34,934 nucleotides of DNA, taken from NCBI GenBank assembly GCA_937901485.1, contig CALGTT010000173.1, positions 1 to 34,934 of the forward strand, written 5' to 3'. Every line of letters begins with the position of its first letter. Positions within the stretch are counted from its first letter, which is position 1. This document shows positions 17,424-24,065 of this stretch, one piece after another. The notes under the pieces are model-generated. The model saw only the letters and a list, made by a program, of their open reading frames with translations, searched no databases and had not been told where the DNA came from. Source of the DNA: an uncultured Ruminococcus sp. (GTDB lineage Bacteria > Bacillota > Clostridia > Oscillospirales > Ruminococcaceae). Made by a program: the position numbers and the translations under genes.

Positions 17424-17522
17424 TTAGACGCAGGCTCCCCCATCCGAAAGGCATACGGCTGTCTTGTTTGTGTGGTTATGTGATTTTGTTGTGCTGCATA
17501 TGGATTGATAACTTCTGAACAT
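17424..17522 (-). CDS. 32-codon upstream ORF (candidate leader peptide)
   Basis: Not in the track. My translation: MFRSYQSICSTTKSHNHTNKTAVCLSDGGACV. SD GGAAGGTGA lies 6 nt upstream of ATG 17522. The uORF starts about 25 nt after the TSS predicted from the 17555-17583 promoter. Its stop codon sits in the loop of the CCTGCG/CGCAGG hairpin (17413-17435). Confidence 0.45.
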   Translation of the reverse strand: MFRSYQSICSTTKSHNHTNKTAVCLSDGGACV

Positions 17523-17554
17523 ACCGTTCACCTTCCTTTCTGTAGAATGGTTTT

Positions 17555-17583
17555 ATTATAGCACAGAATTCCGTGGTTGTCAA
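17555..17583 (-). promoter_or_regulatory. Exact consensus sigma-A promoter driving the uORF-rtcB-hflX transcript
   Basis: Minus strand: TTGACA (17583-17578), 17 nt, TATAAT (17560-17555), with an extended TG (TGcTATAAT). Confidence 0.7.
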
Positions 17584-17622
17584 GGGGGAATTTCCAGATT
17601 TTATGAACTTTTTCAAAACCCC

Positions 17623-17651
17623 TTGCAATCCGCGCGGATGCGTGATATAAT
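17623..17651 (+). promoter_or_regulatory. Sigma-A promoter for the cohesin-peptidase-dockerin gene
   Basis: TTGCAA (17623-17628), 17 nt, TATAAT (17646-17651), with an extended TG. SD AAAGGAGG at 17691-17698. Divergent from the rtcB promoter. Confidence 0.65.
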
Positions 17652-17705
17652 AAAATTGGAGAGATATGACAGAAACCACTTGACAAACTGAAAGGAGGTT
17701 TCTGT

Positions 17706-19790
17706 ATGAAAACAAAACTGATCGCCGGCATCACGGCTCTGCTCATGGCAGCAGTCTGTTCCGGCTACACAGCAGCTGCGCAGGGTTCAGAAAACAACGG
17801 CATTTCCATCGAAATCGACCGCATCACACTGACGCTTGACGAGCTTGCGGCACTTGATCACACCGTGCCCGTCTATGTCCGTGTGACGGAAAATGCCGGC
17901 TTTGATGCCGCGGAATTCGGTGTCCGCATTGATGAACGCTGCGGCTTTGACAAGGATATCAAATGGCTTGACTACGATGATGGCTACGCATCCGTCGGGC
18001 AGGATCTCATCTGGCGCGTGCTTGCCAATCATGAAAACTGGTACGATACGGGCACGATCCTGAAAGTGGAGCTGACGGTTCCGGAGGATGCACAGATCGG
18101 GGATGTGTACACAGTCAGCTACTGCGATGCGGAATACAAGCCCCATGTCTGGAGCAGTCTGGACGCGGACAGGGATCATGCCGCTTCCGGAAACGTGACA
18201 TGGACGGACGGCTATGTGGAAATCATCGAAACGCCCGAAGATACGGGGTTTGTTCTCGGCGAGGATGACTGGAGCTTCCTCAACAGCGCACAGGCATTCG
18301 GCACAACCTATTATAAAATGAACAGCAATTATTTAAAAAAACTGAAAGAGGGATTGAATCCGATTGAGCGTGAGCGCGTGGATGCAATGCTGTTCAATTC
18401 GTGGGGCGGCGCGTGCTATGGCATGGCAGTGACCTCACTGCTTGCACACAATGACATCATGAACCCCGCACAGTGGCAGGTCGGCGCACACACGCTGCAT
18501 GACATCAGCAGTCCCCCCTCGGAGGAGATCCTGTCGCTGATCCACTATTACTGCGCACTCCAGAAAACCGACATGATAATGGGAATGCAGACGGACTATG
18601 TCTATCTGCGCACCGAGGAGGAAAAACTGCGCATTCTCATAGACTGTATGGCAAAGGACTCCCCCGCCCTGCTGACCTATGTGGACTATACATGGGGTGC
18701 TCACGCGGTCGTGGCATATGATCTCATTTCAGGACATTTCGTCCATGACGGCAAGACCTACAACCGGAAGACTCTGCTGTACGATTCCAATTATGACGGT
18801 TTGCAGGATGATTGCTGCCTGTATTTCAACACGGACACATGGGAATGGACGATTCCCGGCTATGGTCTGCATTCCGGCAAGAGCTATCTGGGCATTGTCA
18901 CGGATGATATTGACCTGCTCAACCGCGGCGGCTATCTGGACGGCTCAGAATACATTTCCCCCGATCCCTATATTTCCATCCTGACCTCCTCCCCCATCAG
19001 CGCGGAGTTCACCATTTCCCAGACTGATGATGCCGGAAATCCCGCGCCGCCGGAGACACTGCATTCTGAAGTGCCCGGAAGCGGCATTCGTGCCTTCGCA
19101 TCACTTGCCGGTGCGAATCATGTGCAGGAGGTCTGCTTTGCACTTCCGAAGCCGGACAGCGGCTATCTGATGCAGCTCGAAACGCCCGATTCGCTGGCAC
19201 TGGTAATGAACTATGAGGATTGTCTGCTCAGGCTCAGCGCGGACGCGGCAGTCAGCGCGGCATTCGATCCTGCCGGCAGGATCACGATGGAGGGCGTGCA
19301 GACGGATTATGAAATGAAGATCCTGTACAGTGAGGAAATCTGCGCGGATGACAATTATCTGCACATTGAGGGACAGAACGCTTCCCGTGCAGAGCTGGAA
19401 CGCGTGGATGCGGGCTATCTTCTGACAGCGGACGACCTGCGGATGCTCTCCGTGAATCTGCGAAGCGGCGAAACTGACGAAGCACTGGGATTTTCCGTGC
19501 AGGCCGACCGTGTTCTCCTGCATCGGGCAGAGAACGGCGTGCTCAGTGCATCCATAGACACGGACGGTGACGGCAGCTTTGAAACGCCCATTGCCCGAAG
19601 TTCGGACATGCTGACGGGCGACCTGACGCTTGACGGCGTGCTTTCCATTTCGGATGTGATCGCGCTGTCGCAGAATCTTCTCTGCGGCAAAAAGCTCAGT
19701 ACCATCCAGAAGCAGCTTGCCGACCATGACAGTGACGGCATCCCGACTGCGGCGGATCAGCTTGCACTGCTGCATGATGTATTAAGATAG
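17706..19790 (+). CDS. Secreted protein: N-terminal cohesin-like module, central papain-fold-like Cys/His domain (putative peptidase or transglutaminase-like), C-terminal dockerin
   Basis: 694-aa track ORF with signal peptide MKTKLIAGITALLMAAVCSGYTAAAQG. Cohesin-like strands: VPVYVRVTENAGFDAAEFGVRID ... ILKVELTVPEDAQIGDVYTVSY. Candidate catalytic Cys in NSWGGACYGMAVTSLL, His in WGAHAVVAYD and Asp/Asn in LLYDSNYD. Dockerin: DTDGDGSFE ... GDLTLDGVLSISDVIALSQNLL ... DHDSDGIPTAADQLALLHDVL. Confidence 0.85.
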   Translation: MKTKLIAGITALLMAAVCSGYTAAAQGSENNGISIEIDRITLTLDELAALDHTVPVYVRVTENAGFDAAEFGVRIDERCGFDKDIKWLDYDDGYASVGQDLIWRVLANHENWYDTGTILKVELTVPEDAQIGDVYTVSYCDAEYKPHVWSSLDADRDHAASGNVTWTDGYVEIIETPEDTGFVLGEDDWSFLNSAQAFGTTYYKMNSNYLKKLKEGLNPIERERVDAMLFNSWGGACYGMAVTSLLAHNDIMNPAQWQVGAHTLHDISSPPSEEILSLIHYYCALQKTDMIMGMQTDYVYLRTEEEKLRILIDCMAKDSPALLTYVDYTWGAHAVVAYDLISGHFVHDGKTYNRKTLLYDSNYDGLQDDCCLYFNTDTWEWTIPGYGLHSGKSYLGIVTDDIDLLNRGGYLDGSEYISPDPYISILTSSPISAEFTISQTDDAGNPAPPETLHSEVPGSGIRAFASLAGANHVQEVCFALPKPDSGYLMQLETPDSLALVMNYEDCLLRLSADAAVSAAFDPAGRITMEGVQTDYEMKILYSEEICADDNYLHIEGQNASRAELERVDAGYLLTADDLRMLSVNLRSGETDEALGFSVQADRVLLHRAENGVLSASIDTDGDGSFETPIARSSDMLTGDLTLDGVLSISDVIALSQNLLCGKKLSTIQKQLADHDSDGIPTAADQLALLHDVLR

Positions 19791-19795
19791 CATTC

Positions 19796-19825
19796 AGCCC
19801 ATTCCTGTAAAGGGGTGGGCTTTTT
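19796..19825 (+). terminator. Rho-independent terminator
   Basis: AGCCCAUUCC / GGGGUGGGCU forms a 10-bp stem including two G-U pairs, with a 6-nt loop, followed by UUUU. It starts 6 nt after stop 19790. Confidence 0.65.
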
Positions 19826-19888
19826 CACAGTAAAACCCGCATAAAGCCTCCTGATATTGTGCATTCCGCCATATTTCCTCAAATGGCA

Positions 19889-19917
19889 TCGACAAATTTC
19901 GCTAAACATGTTATAAT
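19889..19917 (+). promoter_or_regulatory. Candidate sigma-A promoter for the CPBP protease gene
   Basis: TCGACA (19889-19894), 17 nt, TATAAT (19912-19917), with an extended TG, about 30 nt upstream of ATG 19948. Confidence 0.55.
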
Positions 19918-19947
19918 GTTAGCATATTAACGATCGGAGGTACTGAC

Positions 19948-21015
19948 ATGCAAACAACAACTGAAACTTCTACCGCACCAATGGATGCGCAGGAACTGCG
20001 CAAACAGCTGCGGACCGGCTCGAACGCAAGCGGACTGATGCTGCTCCTGTTCTATGGACTGGTCTTCACCTTTTCCGGTGTTCTTGCCGTCATTATGAAG
20101 CCGTTCGGAGACATCGACGGCGGCTTTCTGGGCGCACTCTACGGATTTCTTGCTTTCACACTGCAATATCCTGTAACCGTCCCTCTCGTCCTGCTGGTGT
20201 TCCATTTTGCCGGCGGCAAAAAGCTGGGACTGCGTCTGCGTGACGCATTCGGAAAACCTGCTGTGCCGCTTTCCAAGATGTTCCGCTGGATCATCATTGG
20301 TCTTGGCATCATCTACGCTTCCACGATGATCAGCCGTGTGTTCTGGATGCTCCTGCAGTCCGTGTTCCAGCTTGACATGGTGGCGCAGAGCTTTGCGGCA
20401 GAACCGCACTGGCTCTCGATGGTGACAAATCTTGTGGCAATGATCCTCTACGCGCCGATCTTTGAAGAGCTGATGTTCCGCGGCACGCTGCTGCGCAGTG
20501 TGGAAAAAGGCGGTGAGCTGCCGGCGGCTCTGCTGTGCGGCATCCTGTTCGGACTCTGGCACATCAATTTCGACCAGACGATCTACACGGGCGTGATGGG
20601 CTTTGTGGCAGCGATGCTCTATTTCAAGACGCGCACGCTCCTTGCCCCGATGCTCATGCACGCATTCATGAACACCATTGGTGCGGTGCAGTCGCTCTTT
20701 ATGGGAAGCTTTGATCCGTATGAGATGATGAAGCTCGAAACGGATGCAGAGGCGATGGCCTACATGACGGAAAACCTCTCCGGCATCGCAATGATCATGC
20801 TCTCCGGTATGCTCGTCATGGGACTGATGGGACTTGGCATCATCCTGCTCATCATCGAGCTTGTCAACCACAAGGAGCTGTTCACATTCCGCAAAAACGA
20901 ATGCGGACTTTCCGCAAAGCAGGTGCTTTTCACCTGCATGACCTCCCCGCTGATGCTGATTGCCATTATCGCGCTGATCGCGATGACGGTGCTCAGAGCG
21001 ATGGGGCTTCTATAA
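19948..21015 (+). CDS. CPBP (CAAX/Abi) family intramembrane glutamic endopeptidase
   Basis: 355-aa track ORF, polytopic. The three family motifs are present: FEELMFRG, FGLWH, HAFMN. Confidence 0.9.
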   Translation: MQTTTETSTAPMDAQELRKQLRTGSNASGLMLLLFYGLVFTFSGVLAVIMKPFGDIDGGFLGALYGFLAFTLQYPVTVPLVLLVFHFAGGKKLGLRLRDAFGKPAVPLSKMFRWIIIGLGIIYASTMISRVFWMLLQSVFQLDMVAQSFAAEPHWLSMVTNLVAMILYAPIFEELMFRGTLLRSVEKGGELPAALLCGILFGLWHINFDQTIYTGVMGFVAAMLYFKTRTLLAPMLMHAFMNTIGAVQSLFMGSFDPYEMMKLETDAEAMAYMTENLSGIAMIMLSGMLVMGLMGLGIILLIIELVNHKELFTFRKNECGLSAKQVLFTCMTSPLMLIAIIALIAMTVLRAMGLL

Positions 21016-21020
21016 AAAAC

Positions 21021-21049
21021 ACGGCTTCTGCATGATCTGCAGAAGCCGT
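21021..21049. terminator. Bidirectional rho-independent terminator between convergent genes
   Basis: Perfect 12-bp stem ACGGCTTCTGCA / TGCAGAAGCCGT with a 5-nt loop. AAAAAA lies 5' and a T-rich tract lies 3'. It sits between stops 21015 (+) and 21056 (-). Confidence 0.8.
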
Positions 21050-21055
21050 TCTGTT

Positions 21056-23887
21056 TTATCCGAGACAAACAAGAGAAACATCCGAAATATAGTACGTTCC
21101 CGTTTTATAGCCGCAGTCGAAGCCTGCTTTCAGGATATTGCAGGTTTCCTTTGCGGTAAAGGTCTGGCTGTAGGTCTTGGCAGTCGTGCCGATGGACTCA
21201 CTGCGCCATGTGAAGGTGTCGTAGGGATCGGCATTTCTTTGCAGGAATGCCGCAACTGTGCCGTTGGCATCACCGCACAGAGTGTAGGTGAAGCGATAGC
21301 TCTTGCCCTTTTCCACCGTCACGGGCGTATACTGCGCCTGTACGCCCCACTGGACATCGCTGACACCGGTTGCTTTTACGGTCAGAACGCCGTCCTTGTC
21401 CACGCTGATCGTACCTGCACCGCCCGCATCGTCCGTGTAGAGATTCCACAGGCTCATGTCGCTGAGCAGATTGCCGCCGTTGTTTGTATTGCCGTTTCCA
21501 TTGGTATTCCCGCTGCTGCCCGTGTACTTTTCCAGATGCTGGAGTGCGTAGCGTGCACGGTTCTGGTAAAAATTGTGCACGGATCGGATGCTGGCATCGT
21601 ACTGGCTGGCAAGCTTGTTGCCCCAGCTTCCCTGGAAACGCCGCAGTGTGAGACACGCCGCATCCTTGCGCTGTGCGGCAAAGGTGTCGATCAGGGGCTT
21701 GACTTTGGTTTCATAGTCGAAGGTATTTTCCACATGCCAGCGGTACTTGGCATCGAATTCCGCCTTGAATTCGTCATTTTCCAGAAGCTTGAAGAACAGT
21801 GCGCCGATGTTCGTCCACTCCTGCCGCTTGTTCATATTGCCGATGGCATCAAACGCATGGGAGGTCTTGGCATCATTGTACAATGCGCTGGAATACTCCG
21901 TATCAAACAGCATGTAACGCCATTTGCCGTCACCATAGGGATTGCCCTCGACCGGCTCGTTGACACGCCACATCTGCCAGTTGTTCGTGCCGTTCTCATT
22001 ACACCAGTCCCAGTTGCAGACATAGGTCTCCAGCGTGATGTAGTCGATAAAGCTCTGCATGTCGATAGTGTCGCAGACTCTCTGGTAGTTGGCAGGATCG
22101 CGCAGATCTGCGGACATTGCCCACTCATAGAACTCCCTGTAGGACTGTCCGACTGCCGCGTCGCCCTCAATCTCACCGACCTTGATGGTGGTCACATTCT
22201 CCGCGTCAATGCCGTAATGGGACTCGACATAATTGTCCTCCAGACGCTCCTTAAGCGCATAGAAGCCCCAGAATTCGCCGTCAATGAACAGAATGCACTC
22301 CTGCGATGCCTGACGCGCCAGAGCCATATCCGCCACCAGTTCCTGCACAATATCATCACGCATCTGTGCATCACTGACATCATTGCCGTGGTTGCGGATG
22401 GTCACCTTGTCGAATTCCTCAATCGGGTTGCCGCTGAGATCCGTCAGCCCCTCAAAGAACTCGTACTTCATCTTCGATGTGCCGTAGTCACTTCTTGCAT
22501 ACAGGCGGATGCTCTTCTGCTGGTTGCTGCGTGTGGCATTGCCGGCAATGCGGATGCCCACATTTCCTTCATACACAAGTGCGCCCTGTTCGAACACCTG
22601 CACCGCTGCCGGACGCTCCCACTCCTTGCCGCTCTGATTGTAGTTGGTGGGGTTGCGCGTATCCCATTCCTCATACGCACTGCTTTGTCCCACACTGTTC
22701 TTCCAGTCGTAGTATGCCTTGCCGACCACATAGATGCCCTTTTCCTCATCAAAGAGGTTCGCCGGATCGGTCACAATGGACACGACCTTCATATCCTGAT
22801 AGAAGGCGGCTGTTTTGCCCACAAAATAGCTCTTTGTCAGTACATCACTGAAATTGCCCTGTGCATCCGTGCAGACTGCGCGGATGGTATGGCCCTTGTC
22901 CACATTGAAATCCGGATCAGCATCCTCATAGAGGCTCACATCCTTGCCGGCACTGTGAACATTCGGTTCGTTTGTGTTGTTATAGATGCGCAGGCTGCCG
23001 CTGTAATCGCGTGCAGTCACCGAGGTGCGCGGATCGGTGCCGTCGGTGGTATAGCGGATGGTGCAGCCCTCCGGCGCGGTCAGATCCAGCTGGAATTCCG
23101 ATGCATAGAAGCCGCTTTCCGCAGAAAATACGGGAGCGTCAACCACAACGATGCGCTGTGCGGTATCATTGCTTGCGTTCGGTGTCGGAGAAAGATTGCT
23201 CAGATTTGAAGAGCCGTTCTCAAAGCGTCCATAGGAAACATCCGTCTGCGCCGCAGGGATCTCCACCACATCGAGCGTGCCGTATGCCGGATGCGTCAGG
23301 TAGAGCGTTTCGCCGGATGCGCTGAGCTTGAACGGCGCGTGGTGCTCCTTCGGATCAAGGCTTGTCAGTCCGTCATCACAGCAGACCATGAGATAGCCGC
23401 CTGCGGGAATGACCGTTCCCTCAGGGAACACATATTTGTAGAGATTTTTCTTGCCGTCCGCAAAGCCGTAGCCGCCAAGATCAACATCGGTACTGCCGCC
23501 GTTGTACAGCTCCACCCAGTCGGGTTCTCTGCCGTCGGCATCCGACCAGCTTTTCTTATTGGACGCGCAGACCTCGTTGATGACAAGCTTGGTAAAATCC
23601 TGCGGCTGGTATCTGCCGAGCACCATTGCCTTGAGCAGCGCAAGGTCAAAGCCGTCAATGCCGCCGTCCGCGGAAAGATCCGCATTGTCGGACACGCTTT
23701 TGTCCGTGCTCAGAAGATAGCGTGTGAGCTTCACAACATCCGAAACGCCGACGTTTTCGCTGTTGTCGGCATCACCGAGCAGGGTGATGCGGCTCATTTT
23801 CACCTCTTCTTCCGCCGCCAATGCGGGCATTCCCGTGCACAGCAGGATGCCTGCGGTCATGGCAGCGCAGAGTTTCATTTTGTTCAT
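21056..23887 (-). CDS. Secreted N-terminal dockerin / lamin-tail domain / CotH kinase-fold / C-terminal CBM-like protein
   Basis: Track ORF trimmed to ATG 23887 (MNKMKLCAAMTAGILLCTGMPALA), with SD GGAGG 7 nt upstream. Dockerin: GDADNSENVGVSDVVKLTRYLL ... DLSADGGIDGFDLALLKAMVLG. LTD: LVINEVCASN ... DWVELYNGGSTDVDLGGYGF. Chitobiase-C-like segment: CTIRYTTDGTDP. CotH core: SIRLYARS, FDKVTIRNHGND, FIDGEFWGFYALKERL, NWDWCNENGTNNW. C-terminal galactose-binding-like sandwich. Confidence 0.9.
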   Translation of the reverse strand: MNKMKLCAAMTAGILLCTGMPALAAEEEVKMSRITLLGDADNSENVGVSDVVKLTRYLLSTDKSVSDNADLSADGGIDGFDLALLKAMVLGRYQPQDFTKLVINEVCASNKKSWSDADGREPDWVELYNGGSTDVDLGGYGFADGKKNLYKYVFPEGTVIPAGGYLMVCCDDGLTSLDPKEHHAPFKLSASGETLYLTHPAYGTLDVVEIPAAQTDVSYGRFENGSSNLSNLSPTPNASNDTAQRIVVVDAPVFSAESGFYASEFQLDLTAPEGCTIRYTTDGTDPRTSVTARDYSGSLRIYNNTNEPNVHSAGKDVSLYEDADPDFNVDKGHTIRAVCTDAQGNFSDVLTKSYFVGKTAAFYQDMKVVSIVTDPANLFDEEKGIYVVGKAYYDWKNSVGQSSAYEEWDTRNPTNYNQSGKEWERPAAVQVFEQGALVYEGNVGIRIAGNATRSNQQKSIRLYARSDYGTSKMKYEFFEGLTDLSGNPIEEFDKVTIRNHGNDVSDAQMRDDIVQELVADMALARQASQECILFIDGEFWGFYALKERLEDNYVESHYGIDAENVTTIKVGEIEGDAAVGQSYREFYEWAMSADLRDPANYQRVCDTIDMQSFIDYITLETYVCNWDWCNENGTNNWQMWRVNEPVEGNPYGDGKWRYMLFDTEYSSALYNDAKTSHAFDAIGNMNKRQEWTNIGALFFKLLENDEFKAEFDAKYRWHVENTFDYETKVKPLIDTFAAQRKDAACLTLRRFQGSWGNKLASQYDASIRSVHNFYQNRARYALQHLEKYTGSSGNTNGNGNTNNGGNLLSDMSLWNLYTDDAGGAGTISVDKDGVLTVKATGVSDVQWGVQAQYTPVTVEKGKSYRFTYTLCGDANGTVAAFLQRNADPYDTFTWRSESIGTTAKTYSQTFTAKETCNILKAGFDCGYKTGTYYISDVSLVCLG

Positions 23888-24011
23888 AACCATTCCTCCA
23901 GTCATGTTTTTTCAGTCCGTCATGGACTGCCTCTCATGTTAAGCATACCACAATTTCACAGAAAAAGCAAGTGGGAATGGAGAAAAACTGTGAAAAATGC
24001 AGCTTCTCTGC

Positions 24012-24045
24012 AAAAAAGGAACTGCACACCGAAATGTGCAGTCCC
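24012..24045 (-). terminator. Rho-independent terminator of the CE12 gene
   Basis: Minus-strand RNA ACUGCACA uuucgg UGUGCAGU (8-bp stem) followed by UUUUUU. It starts 20 nt after stop 24066. Confidence 0.65.
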
Positions 24046-24065
24046 AATAAGAAAGGATGGAGAAA

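Noticed and set aside
17290-17548. rtcB leader considered as a T-box or known riboswitch
   Set aside because: It has no T-box sequence, specifier-loop architecture or conserved riboswitch core that I recognise. An SD-led uORF is present instead, so it is reported as a candidate peptide-dependent attenuator.
17476-17715. 79-aa minus-strand ORF
   Set aside because: It would start inside the plus-strand gene's start region and run across both divergent promoters, and it has no SD. The SD-led 32-codon ORF lies in a different frame.
19927-20871. 314-aa minus-strand ORF
   Set aside because: It is antisense to the CPBP protease gene.
21032-23209. 725-aa plus-strand ORF
   Set aside because: It is antisense to the dockerin-LTD-CotH gene and begins inside the bidirectional terminator.
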